The notes under the pieces: generated by a model
Told to the model about the DNA's origin: nothing
Database searches by the model: none
The model's input: the letters and a program-made list of their open reading frames with translations, nothing else
In this document: in pieces, positions 7,538-15,800 of the stretch
How the letters are laid out: the number at the start of each line of letters is the position of its first letter
Position numbering within the stretch: the stretch's first letter is position 1
Source of the DNA: a virus
Lineage: Duplodnaviria; Caudoviricetes
DNA: 25,190 nt
Virus record (IMG/VR): IMGVR_UViG_3300037484_001503
Location: 1 to 25,190 of that record
Strand: one strand, 5' to 3'
Translations under genes and position numbers: made by a program

Positions 7538-8173
7538 GTGGAAGTCACAGGGGAATGCGTTCTCCATCCGACAGGCTTCACCTGGAACTCTGTTCAGCCG
7601 GATTCAGAATACGGACTCCTGACCCGCTTAGCGAATCTGTACGGAACTGACAAAGGAACGCTTCACGGGGCGCATGGATACACTGTTGTGTATGAAGCGT
7701 TCATGCGGCCTCGTCGCTTGAAGGTGCAAAGAGTCCTCGAAATCGGAGTGGCGGCTGGAGCCTCCTTGAAGATGTGGAGAGACTACTTCGTCTCCGCTCA
7801 GATTCACGGGGTGGACTTAGTGTCCATCCCTTCTGTATTCGGAGACAGAGTCACGCTTCACGTTTTAGATCAGGAGGATGAAGCTGGGCTCGAACGTCTT
7901 GGGAAAGAGTTCGGTCCTTTCGATCTTGTCGTCGACGACGGTGGACACACAATGAAGCAGCAGCAGACAAGCTTCAAGGTTCTAGAGAAGTACGTAACGA
8001 AAGACGGGCTGTATGTGGTTGAGGATCTCCATTCTAGCTTCTGTGGGAAGCCGTACGGGGTGGAGAAAGCTGAAGACACGACTCTTGCAGTACTCGCACG
8101 ACTCCGCGAGGCGTTGATCTTCTCTTCAGCATCAAGTGGCTCGATTGTCGGAATCGTAAGGAGAGGGCAGTGA
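7538..8173 (+). CDS. Class I SAM-dependent methyltransferase, MycE/TylE sugar-O-methyltransferase-like (Methyltransf_24-like)
   Basis: YGTDK..HGY, VLEIGVAAGASLKMWRDYF, GVD, DQ, FDLVVDDGGH, YVVEDLH motifs. Confidence 0.88.
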   Translation: MEVTGECVLHPTGFTWNSVQPDSEYGLLTRLANLYGTDKGTLHGAHGYTVVYEAFMRPRRLKVQRVLEIGVAAGASLKMWRDYFVSAQIHGVDLVSIPSVFGDRVTLHVLDQEDEAGLERLGKEFGPFDLVVDDGGHTMKQQQTSFKVLEKYVTKDGLYVVEDLHSSFCGKPYGVEKAEDTTLAVLARLREALIFSSASSGSIVGIVRRGQ

Positions 8174-8865
8174 GCGTTCTAAAGATTATGATCGGGGCGC
8201 TTACCCACGGAACTCCTCGGGTCGAGTACGTCGGCTCGATCATGAGGCTTAAGGACTACGAACAGGCAAAGCCTCTCGCGCAGCAGCACTGGCACTCGTA
8301 TCACGTGAAGGTGGGGCCTTACATCTCTCGAAACCGCAACTACCTCACGAGGCTCTTCAGGGAGCGTACGGATGCCAACTGGCTCCTGATGATCGATCAT
8401 GATGTGGTCGTTCCGCAGACGTTGCTCGAAGACCTTCTAAGGGAGCTCGAAGGCGAGGACGCAGGAGTCGTCGTCGCGGATCACGTTCTTGGAACGACTT
8501 GTCCCACAACAGCTCTGATGAATCATCCTACGGATCCTTCGATGTTCCTTGCGGCGAGACCTCCCGAAGGGCTTTCGAAGAAGCACTACGTCGAAACGAT
8601 TGCGTCGAGTGTTGTCATGATCAACCGGGAGACGATCGAGCGGATCGCTCGCGAATTCGGCTCAGGCACCTGGTGGATGCACGAGCGAGTTCTAGGAGCA
8701 GACGGCTACTGGGAAGAACTCGGAGAAGACTTCTCTTTCTCAAAACGGGCACGGGCTGTAGGCGTAAAGCTACTCGCAGTGTACGGGCTGGATATCCAGC
8801 ATTACAAGGTCGGGCTGGTGATGTCCAGTCCGCCAAGCGCGCGCGCAAGCGCAGGAGGGAAGTAA
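8170..8865 (+). CDS. GT-A fold (GT2-like) glycosyltransferase
   Basis: GPYISRNRN, WLLMIDHD (DxD), MINRE, GEDFSFSKRA and terminal IQHYK motifs. Confidence 0.82.
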   Translation: MSVLKIMIGALTHGTPRVEYVGSIMRLKDYEQAKPLAQQHWHSYHVKVGPYISRNRNYLTRLFRERTDANWLLMIDHDVVVPQTLLEDLLRELEGEDAGVVVADHVLGTTCPTTALMNHPTDPSMFLAARPPEGLSKKHYVETIASSVVMINRETIERIAREFGSGTWWMHERVLGADGYWEELGEDFSFSKRARAVGVKLLAVYGLDIQHYKVGLVMSSPPSARASAGGK

Positions 8866-8866
8866 C

Positions 8867-9256
8867 ATGGCGGGTGCATCGAACTATCTCGAGCTTGCAC
8901 TGCTCGATCATGCCCTGAAGGGCACTTCGTGGGCGCAGCCAGCGAACGTGTACGTCTCGCTGCATTCTGCAGACACGGTGGAGACGGGCGCAGGAGAGAT
9001 CACTGCCGGAGCAAATGCCTATGCGAGGCAAAGCGCAAGCGCTGCTTTCGCGGCGGCTGCTGCCGGAGCGAAGGCCACGTCTGCTGATCTGACCTGGACC
9101 AACATGCCGGCGACGACAATCACGCACGTCTGTATTTGGGACAGCGTGACGGGTGGGAACCCGCTCTTCCTCGGAAGCCTCACGGCTTCGAAGGTCGTCA
9201 ACGCGGGCGATACGTTCAAGATCCTCTCGACCAACCTAACGGTCACGATGGACTAG
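8867..9256 (+). CDS. Virion structural / fibre-associated protein (129 aa)
   Basis: RBS AGGAGG. SNYLE..LLDH, VYVSLHSAD, YARQ, ITHVCIWDSVTGGN and SKVVNAGDTF match a widespread phage appendage family. Confidence 0.82.
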   Translation: MAGASNYLELALLDHALKGTSWAQPANVYVSLHSADTVETGAGEITAGANAYARQSASAAFAAAAAGAKATSADLTWTNMPATTITHVCIWDSVTGGNPLFLGSLTASKVVNAGDTFKILSTNLTVTMD

Positions 9257-9305
9257 CCTTCAGCGGGCTCGCTTCGCTTCGCGGTGAGGCGAGCCCGCTC
9301 AGGCT
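9255..9305 (+). terminator. Strong intergenic hairpin (terminator/attenuator or mRNA-stabilising stem)
   Basis: AGCGGGCTCGC (9262-9272) pairs perfectly with GCGAGCCCGCT (9289-9299), extended inward by G-U pairs and outward by AGCCT/AGGCT. No U-tract. Confidence 0.55.
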
Positions 9306-9319
9306 TCCAGGAACACAAC

Positions 9320-10033
9320 ATGAGCACTGCTGAAGCTCCGATTAAGGTTGTTGCAGCACTTCCGTCTTACGACGGGACACGCTGGAACGCCAATGCTCTG
9401 GCCTGTCTCTACAGGTCGAATGTCGACACTCTCGAGGTTCAGGGCTCGCTTCTCACTTCAACGTTCAATCGATGCTGGGTTGAGGCGTTGAACATGCGGG
9501 AGCAAGGGAAGATCACACATTTCCTGATGCTCCATGCAGATGTTGTTCCGCACGATTTCGACTGGGCGCGAGCGCTGTGGGAAGAGTTTGCAAAGCATCA
9601 GTGCAAGGTTCTCTCTGTAGCGATTCCGATTAAGAGCGACGTAGGAATCACGTCGACCGGATGGGAAACAGACGACCTGTGGAGACCTCGTCGCCTCACA
9701 GTGCAGGAGCTGCTCGACCGCCCGGTCACGTGGACTCACGGACGCCTACTCGTGAACACGGGAATGATGCTTGTGGACTTCCGCGAAGCGTGGGTAGAGA
9801 AAGTCTGCTTCACGGTGCGGGATCGGATTCACAAGCCGAACGGCAAGTGGGTTTGCGAGGTTGAATCGGAAGACTGGAACTTCAGCCGCCAGCTCCGCGC
9901 TCTAGGAATTGCCCCTTGGGTCACGCGACGTGTTGGAGTGACACACATGGGTATCGCAGGGTGGAGGAATGACCTGCGGTGGGGCTCTGCAATAGATCCG
10001 AACGTTTCTGAGCCGCTGAGCGAGGAGCTCTAA
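9320..10033 (+). CDS. GT-A fold (GT2-like) glycosyltransferase
   Basis: ATG at 9320 preferred (CAGGA upstream; the GTG at 9284 lies inside the hairpin). SLLTSTFNRCW, THFLMLHADVVP, NTGMMLVD, SEDWNFSR, VTHMG motifs. Confidence 0.8.
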   Translation: MSTAEAPIKVVAALPSYDGTRWNANALACLYRSNVDTLEVQGSLLTSTFNRCWVEALNMREQGKITHFLMLHADVVPHDFDWARALWEEFAKHQCKVLSVAIPIKSDVGITSTGWETDDLWRPRRLTVQELLDRPVTWTHGRLLVNTGMMLVDFREAWVEKVCFTVRDRIHKPNGKWVCEVESEDWNFSRQLRALGIAPWVTRRVGVTHMGIAGWRNDLRWGSAIDPNVSEPLSEEL

Positions 10034-10037
10034 GCAG

Positions 10038-10520
10038 ATGGCAAGTATTAAGACGGAATACGGAACGTCCACAGCTCTCACGATGACGCTAGCGTCGCTC
10101 GGTTCGCATGCCACGGACGGGTGGGAGTCGGCCGTCGTGGACAATACGTCGGACAAGTTCATCGATGCGCTCGTGCAGGTCAAGGTTAAGACGAGCGCTT
10201 CTGCGCTGGCAGACGACAAGGCGGTGTACGTTTACGCCTACGGCTCGGAAGACGGTTCGACGTACACCGATCCGGCGACCGGGTCTAGCGCGGCGATCTC
10301 TCTAGCGGTGCCGACGAACATGCGGCTGATCGGAGTGATTCCTTGCCCTGCAGTGAGCACGACGTACGAAAGCCAGCCGATGAGCGTTGCTGCCGCGTTC
10401 GGCGGGATCCTTCCGCGTAAGTGGGGGATTGTCGTTCGGAACTATACGGGACAGGCCCTCGACTCGACCGAGGGCAGTCACTCGTACAAGTATTCGGGCG
10501 TCTACTACACGAGCGCGTAG
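10038..10520 (+). CDS. Putative virion structural protein (160 aa)
   Basis: RBS GAGGAG. Thr/Ser-rich beta protein (TLASL, ESAVVDNTS, AAAFGGILP.KWGIVVRN) of a type usually found before LamG fibre genes. Confidence 0.7.
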   Translation: MASIKTEYGTSTALTMTLASLGSHATDGWESAVVDNTSDKFIDALVQVKVKTSASALADDKAVYVYAYGSEDGSTYTDPATGSSAAISLAVPTNMRLIGVIPCPAVSTTYESQPMSVAAAFGGILPRKWGIVVRNYTGQALDSTEGSHSYKYSGVYYTSA

Positions 10521-11306
10521 ATGGCAAGGCTCTTCACCGGCTCGTCGAACCAGTACGTCACGATTCCGAACGTTCCGAATCTGACGACTCGTGCTACGTT
10601 CGGGTGCTGGTTCCGCAAGTCGTCCATCCCGCCTACAGACGACTCTGAATACCACACCATCTTCAGTAAGGGGAGGTCCAACTACAACGAGTACGTCAAC
10701 CTTGCCGTCGACCACGGCTCACGGGGCGGGGCAGAGGGGCTCCGCGTCTGGTTCGTACAGAACTACAACGCTCATCACATCCGAATCTCCGCTTCAGGAC
10801 TGGTCAAAGTCGGGCGGTGGTACCAGCTCATCGCGTGCGTAGACTGGACGACGAACCCAGACACAGTGGCGCTGTACCTCGACGGCGTGCCGCTCGATCT
10901 GACTCTTACCGACGGATCGGGCAACGCGACTCCGTCTACGAGTGCAACCCAGATAGTACGACTCGGCCACAACACTGTGGCTGGCGCGCCGACGAAGTAT
11001 CGGTTTAAGGGCGATCTCGCAGAGACGTGGCTACTGTCCGAAACCGTAACACCGAACGAGGCGTTCGCGCTCGGCACGGGACGCATGTCCCCGGACATGT
11101 TGAGGCGCGCTTACACCGGGCTTGAGTTCTACCTGCCTCTTCGTGGCTACGGACACGACCTCTGGCGTGGTCGAGACGGGACGCTAACAGGATGCGCGCT
11201 ATCGGACCATCCACCAGTCGACAGGGTCCGCGACGCACAGCGCAGCTACTTCCTATTCGGGTCAGCCGCCGGCCCTGAAACCCACTTCGGACGAGCAATT
11301 CTCTAA
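10521..11306 (+). CDS. LamG / concanavalin-A-like jelly-roll protein (putative receptor-binding)
   Basis: F.G...YVTIP, TFGCWF, GRWYQLIAC, LYLDG, RLG, FKGDLAE motifs. Confidence 0.85.
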   Translation: MARLFTGSSNQYVTIPNVPNLTTRATFGCWFRKSSIPPTDDSEYHTIFSKGRSNYNEYVNLAVDHGSRGGAEGLRVWFVQNYNAHHIRISASGLVKVGRWYQLIACVDWTTNPDTVALYLDGVPLDLTLTDGSGNATPSTSATQIVRLGHNTVAGAPTKYRFKGDLAETWLLSETVTPNEAFALGTGRMSPDMLRRAYTGLEFYLPLRGYGHDLWRGRDGTLTGCALSDHPPVDRVRDAQRSYFLFGSAAGPETHFGRAIL

Positions 11307-12067
11307 TGCCCGAAAAGATCACGGCGTTCGCCGCTCTTACTGATCCGCTAATCAGCGATCTTTTGCTCGCTGTAGATTCCGGAGTACCTTCTGAGACGAA
11401 GAAACTTCTCATCTCGGACCTCTTTAAGTTGTTCACGACGGACGTCACACTGACTGTGTTGACAGGAAGCGGAACATACTCCATCCCAGCAGGGATGAAG
11501 AAAGCTCTGATCGTGGTCGTGGGGGGAGGAGGCGGAGGAAACGGAGGAGCAGCTACTGACTCCGCAGGCGGTGGAGGAGGAGGCGGTGGAACGGCGATCA
11601 AACTCCTTCCTGCAGATCAGATCTCACCAGGGAACTACGTTGTTGGAGGAGGCGGAGCGGCAAGCTCTGCAGGTGCAGGAAACGCTGGGGCGAATAGTAC
11701 CTTCTCTATTGTGGGCGGAATAGTAATTACTGGAGGAGGTGGTGGAGCAGGAACTCAAGGGGCTGCATTTACTGTTCTTGGGGTTCAGGTTGTTGGAGGT
11801 ACGGGAGGCGCCGCTTCAGAAGGCGATCTGAACATCGGAGGCGCCCGCGGCGAATGTGGTGTGATTTACAGTGGAACGTACGGCTATGGAGGAAGAGGAG
11901 GAGATTCCGTATTCGGACACGGAGGAGGCGGAGGAGTGAACAACGCGGGGTTCGTTGGCGTGGGGTATGGAGGCGGAGGCGGAGGAGGACACGCTTCTTC
12001 AACGTCGAACAGAGAAGGTGGTGCAGGATCTACAGGGACGATTTTCCTGTTGGAGTTCTACGACTAA
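11306..12067 (+). CDS. Glycine-rich tail-fibre-type protein, paralogue 1
   Basis: KIT...LT.P..D.L..VD...TKK N-terminal module, SGTY..P, VVGGGGGG, GGDSVFG, YGGGGGG, G.IFLLEF end. Confidence 0.85.
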   Translation: MPEKITAFAALTDPLISDLLLAVDSGVPSETKKLLISDLFKLFTTDVTLTVLTGSGTYSIPAGMKKALIVVVGGGGGGNGGAATDSAGGGGGGGGTAIKLLPADQISPGNYVVGGGGAASSAGAGNAGANSTFSIVGGIVITGGGGGAGTQGAAFTVLGVQVVGGTGGAASEGDLNIGGARGECGVIYSGTYGYGGRGGDSVFGHGGGGGVNNAGFVGVGYGGGGGGGHASSTSNREGGAGSTGTIFLLEFYD

Positions 12068-12676
12068 TGGCTGACCAGAAGATCACAGAGCTCACGGCTC
12101 TTACCACTCCTACAACTGACGACATGCTCGCAGTTGTGGATGATCCTACAGGAACTGCCGTGACGAAAAAGCTCTCGATTTTGAACCTTCTCACGCTTGC
12201 GCTGAGCAACGTTGCAGTTCAGATCTTGACGAGCGCAAGCGGAACGTACACTCCTTCAGCGGCGATGAAGAAGGTCCTCTTCATCCTCGTTGGAGGAGGT
12301 GGAGGCGGTGGAAACATCACAGCTGCTGATGATGCGAGTGGCGGAGGAGGCGGAGGCGGAACTGTCATCTACCTCGCAACTGCTGCGGAGATCGGAGCGG
12401 ATGAAGCATATACCGTTGGAGCTGCAAGCTCTGCCGGAGGCGCGGGAAACAATACGACGATCGCCGGGCTTTCTCTTACAGCTGTAGGCGGAGGAGCAGG
12501 AGCTGCAACAGGGAATCAGACTGTAGCTGGATTTCAGGCGGCAGGAGGTGCGAGTGGGAATGCAACCGGAGGTCAGTTGAACATTCCAGGAAAGGCCGGC
12601 CAGCGCGCAATTATTTATTCGACGACGCACGGGTGTGGAGGAGCAGGCGGAGATTCCGTATTCGGACACGGAGGAG
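11900..12676 (+). repeat. 28-bp perfect direct repeat GGAGATTCCGTATTCGGACACGGAGGAG at 11900-11927 and 12649-12676
   Basis: Read directly; encodes GDSVFGHGG in both Gly-rich paralogues. Confidence 0.9.
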
Positions 12677-12819
12677 CTCAGAGCGGAACAGAAGCAGATG
12701 GAAACGCAGGCGGAGCCTATGGCGGCGGAGGCGGCGGAGCACATACTGCGGGGGATACGAATCGAAACGGTGGAGTCGGAGCTGCAGGTGTGATTTACTG
12801 TATTGAGTTCTTAGCGTAG
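12067..12819 (+). CDS. Glycine-rich tail-fibre-type protein, paralogue 2 (250 aa)
   Basis: True start is the ATG at 12067 (TAATG overlap; MADQKITELTALT). Colinear with paralogue 1 along its full length. Confidence 0.85.
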   Translation: MADQKITELTALTTPTTDDMLAVVDDPTGTAVTKKLSILNLLTLALSNVAVQILTSASGTYTPSAAMKKVLFILVGGGGGGGNITAADDASGGGGGGGTVIYLATAAEIGADEAYTVGAASSAGGAGNNTTIAGLSLTAVGGGAGAATGNQTVAGFQAAGGASGNATGGQLNIPGKAGQRAIIYSTTHGCGGAGGDSVFGHGGAQSGTEADGNAGGAYGGGGGGAHTAGDTNRNGGVGAAGVIYCIEFLA

Positions 12820-12832
12820 GGGAACGAGAGCA

Positions 12833-15800
12833 GTGGACTATCTACTCAAGGAGGACGGAGATCGGATCCTGCAAGAGGATGCTGATCAGATCCTGCTTGA
12901 GTCTTCTACGGGAGACATAGAAGGAACAGCAAGCATTCCTTCCACCTCTTCGGCTGCGTTTGCGGCGCTGATTGAGGGGAGTGGAACTGCTTCTATTCCT
13001 TCCGTTTCGACGCTCGCAGCTTCAGCTCTAGTTGAAGCCGCGGCAGTCGGGAGTCTTTCCGTCACTTCGACGTGCGAAGCCGCAGCGCTCTGTGAGGCTC
13101 TTGCTTCAGCTTCCATCGATGTAGGAGTAGAGCTTGTATCAGCAGGCGAAACGCTTTGCACAGGCATCGCTCTCCTTCCAAGTAGCACGACGCTCGTAGC
13201 AGACTCACTGATTGAGGGATATGGAGCGTCGGGTCTTTCCCCTCCAGTCACTCTTAGCTCTGCAGCTCTTGTAGAAGTTCTCGCTTCAGCTTCTCTTCCT
13301 GTTGGGGTAGATGTTCCCGTCTCCGGGAGCATGCTCAATGTAGTTGAGGGAGCTGCTTCTCTCGACGTTCAGGCGGAACTGACGGGGGCAGGAAAGATCC
13401 CCAACTTCAACATCCTTGCTTCTGCGCTCTGCGAAGCGCTCGCTGCAGTTTCTCTTCAGGCTACAACGGAGCTTGTTGCTGCAGGTGAAGTTGAAGCGGG
13501 AGAAGTGGTTGTTGAAGGCAGCGCGAGCATCTCGACGACGTGTACGCTTGAAGCGTCAGCACAGCTCGACGTTCTTGCTTCAGCAACGCTTGGACCGTTC
13601 CATGTTGTCACAACTGCTGGAGCGCCCCTCGTTTCAGCCTCGGCTGCTCTTGCATCTGCAGCTTCGCTCTCGTGCACTGCTCTAGTCGAGCAGCATGCTT
13701 CAGCAGTGCTTGGAGCGCAGCCTGAAGTTCCTGTTGTCTGGACCGAAGCCGGCGGAGTTGAGGTAAGTGGAAATTCTCTTACTAAAATCGCTGAGGAAGA
13801 GTTTGACAACGCTGGTGCGATTTCCACCTGGCAGATAGCTTCTGGCAACGGGTACGTCGAGCTCACTGCTTCTGAACTAACGACGTATCGGTTGCTGGGG
13901 CTCTCCAACGGAAATACGGACCTCGGCTTCGCAGACATCGACTTCGCATTCTATCAGGCTTCCAGCTCGCTTACTGTTCTAGAGAATGGCACTCAAAAGT
14001 TATTCGGCCAGTCGTTCTCCACCGGCGACAAGCTGCGGGTCGCGGTCGTCGACGGGGTCGTGAAGTACTCCAAGAACGGAGTCGTCCTCTATACATCACT
14101 GGTTGCGCCAACATATCCCCTTCTCGTTGACTGCTCTCTTTACACACCGGGAGCAACCCTCACTGATGTCGTCATTTCTGGAGGGTTACTTCGGAACTTC
14201 GCCCTCGCGTGTACAGCTTCTCTAGAGCAGCATGCAGCTGCAGTACTCGGAAGCACGTGCATGCTTGCTGCTTCGGCGCAGCTCGAAGCTCTTGCTTCAG
14301 CAACGATCCCCACAACAGTAAGTCTTTCCGCTGCGGGTGACGTTGAAGCGGGAGGAGTAGTTGTTGAGGGAACAGCAACGCTTCCCGTACAAGCGTCGCT
14401 TGCGGCAGCTGCACAGATCGAAGCACTTGCTGCGGCTACGCTTGGACCGTTCCATGTTGTAACGACTGCAGGAGTATCGCTTCAGGTTGCTTCAGCGCAG
14501 CTTTCTGAGAGCTTTGTTCTAGCGGCTTCAGCTCAGTGTGAAAGCTTCGCTGAAGCCGCTCTTCTGGTTAGCTGCTCGCTCGTTCAAGCAGCCGGAACGA
14601 TTGAAGTACAAGGTGCGAGCACTCTTCCTTCTTCAGCTTCACTCAGTGCTTCTGCTCAGTGCGAACAGCATGCTTCAGCCTCGCTTCCGAGTGTCTTCGC
14701 AGTTGCTGCCTCTGCAGCAGGAGATCAGACCGGACAAGCTACTCTTCCTGCAGCGTGTACGCTGAATGCAGTAGGAACGGTTGAAGCGCTTGCGCAAGCT
14801 TCTCTTTCTTCGGAGTACAGCTTCGCTGCTACAGCGATTTGCGAAAGCTTCGCTGAAGCCGCTCTTCCTCCGAGCTTCGCGCTCGAAGCGCAAGCTGCCG
14901 CTGAAGCCCTCGCTGCTTGCCCGGCTTCCGTTCTCGTCGAGGTAAGCGCAGCGGCCCTTTGTGAGAGCTTCGCTCAGGCATCTCTGCTCGCGCAGTTCTC
15001 GTTCGAAGCCCAAGCAAGTGTGGAAGGGCAGCTTGACGCTTCACTTCAGTTCAACATTCTATGCGCTCTAGAAGCTTCAGCGAAGCTCGAGGCGTTCGCC
15101 GTAGCTTCGCTTCCGTGCTTCGTGTCCCTTGCTTCTTCTGCTGTTGTCGAGACGACAGGAGAAGCGGCGCTCGTTCTTCAGTCCACGATCCAAGGAACTG
15201 CGACCTCGATTCCCTCCGCACATGCTGCAGTTCCCGTGGTCGTCGGCGTTGTCGCTGCGGGCGAAGGGGTTGCATTCGGAAGCGCCACGCTTGAAGCGAC
15301 GACTCAACTTGAAGCAACTGCGCAGTGCGAAGAGTACGCAGAAGCTTCGCTGCCTACGGAGTTCAGCCTCGCTGCAAGTGCGAGTACTACGGGTGCTCTC
15401 GACGCAGCGGCGGATCTGCCTACGCTCTGCACGCTAACAGCTGAAGCTGTTGTAGAAACGTCGGGAAGTAATGTTCTTCCGTTCACAGCTTCGCTAAGCG
15501 TCGCGAGCAGGCTTGAAACGTTTGCGTATGCAGCGCTAGAGCTTGCAGCGGCACTGGCATGCGTTGCACTGCTCGAGCCTACGGCTGATGCTTCGCAGAG
15601 TGTGCAAGCACAGCTCGTTGCGTCTGCTCAGGTTGAGCAGCAAGCTGAAGCTACTCTTCCTGCGAGCTTCTCTGTACAGAGCGACGCACGTGCGTTGAGC
15701 TTCGCTCAGGCTTCGCTTCCTGCGAGCTTCTCTCTCGCTTCGAGCGGGAATGTAGAAGGACACCTCGACGCTTCTCTCCAGGTCAACCTTCAAGCTACGC

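Noticed and set aside
7538-8173. DNA methyltransferase / restriction-modification call
   Set aside because: Lacks DPPY/NPPY or PC catalytic motifs. TDK and DDGGH indicate the small-molecule/sugar O-methyltransferase type.
11854-12066. Arg-rich N-terminal extension of the 321-aa ORF
   Set aside because: Alternative-frame reading of the GGA/GGC Gly codons of the upstream gene. The real start is 12067.
11900-12676. Possible DGR template/variable repeat pair
   Set aside because: The repeat is short and identical with no adenine-specific mismatches, and there is no reverse transcriptase in the window.
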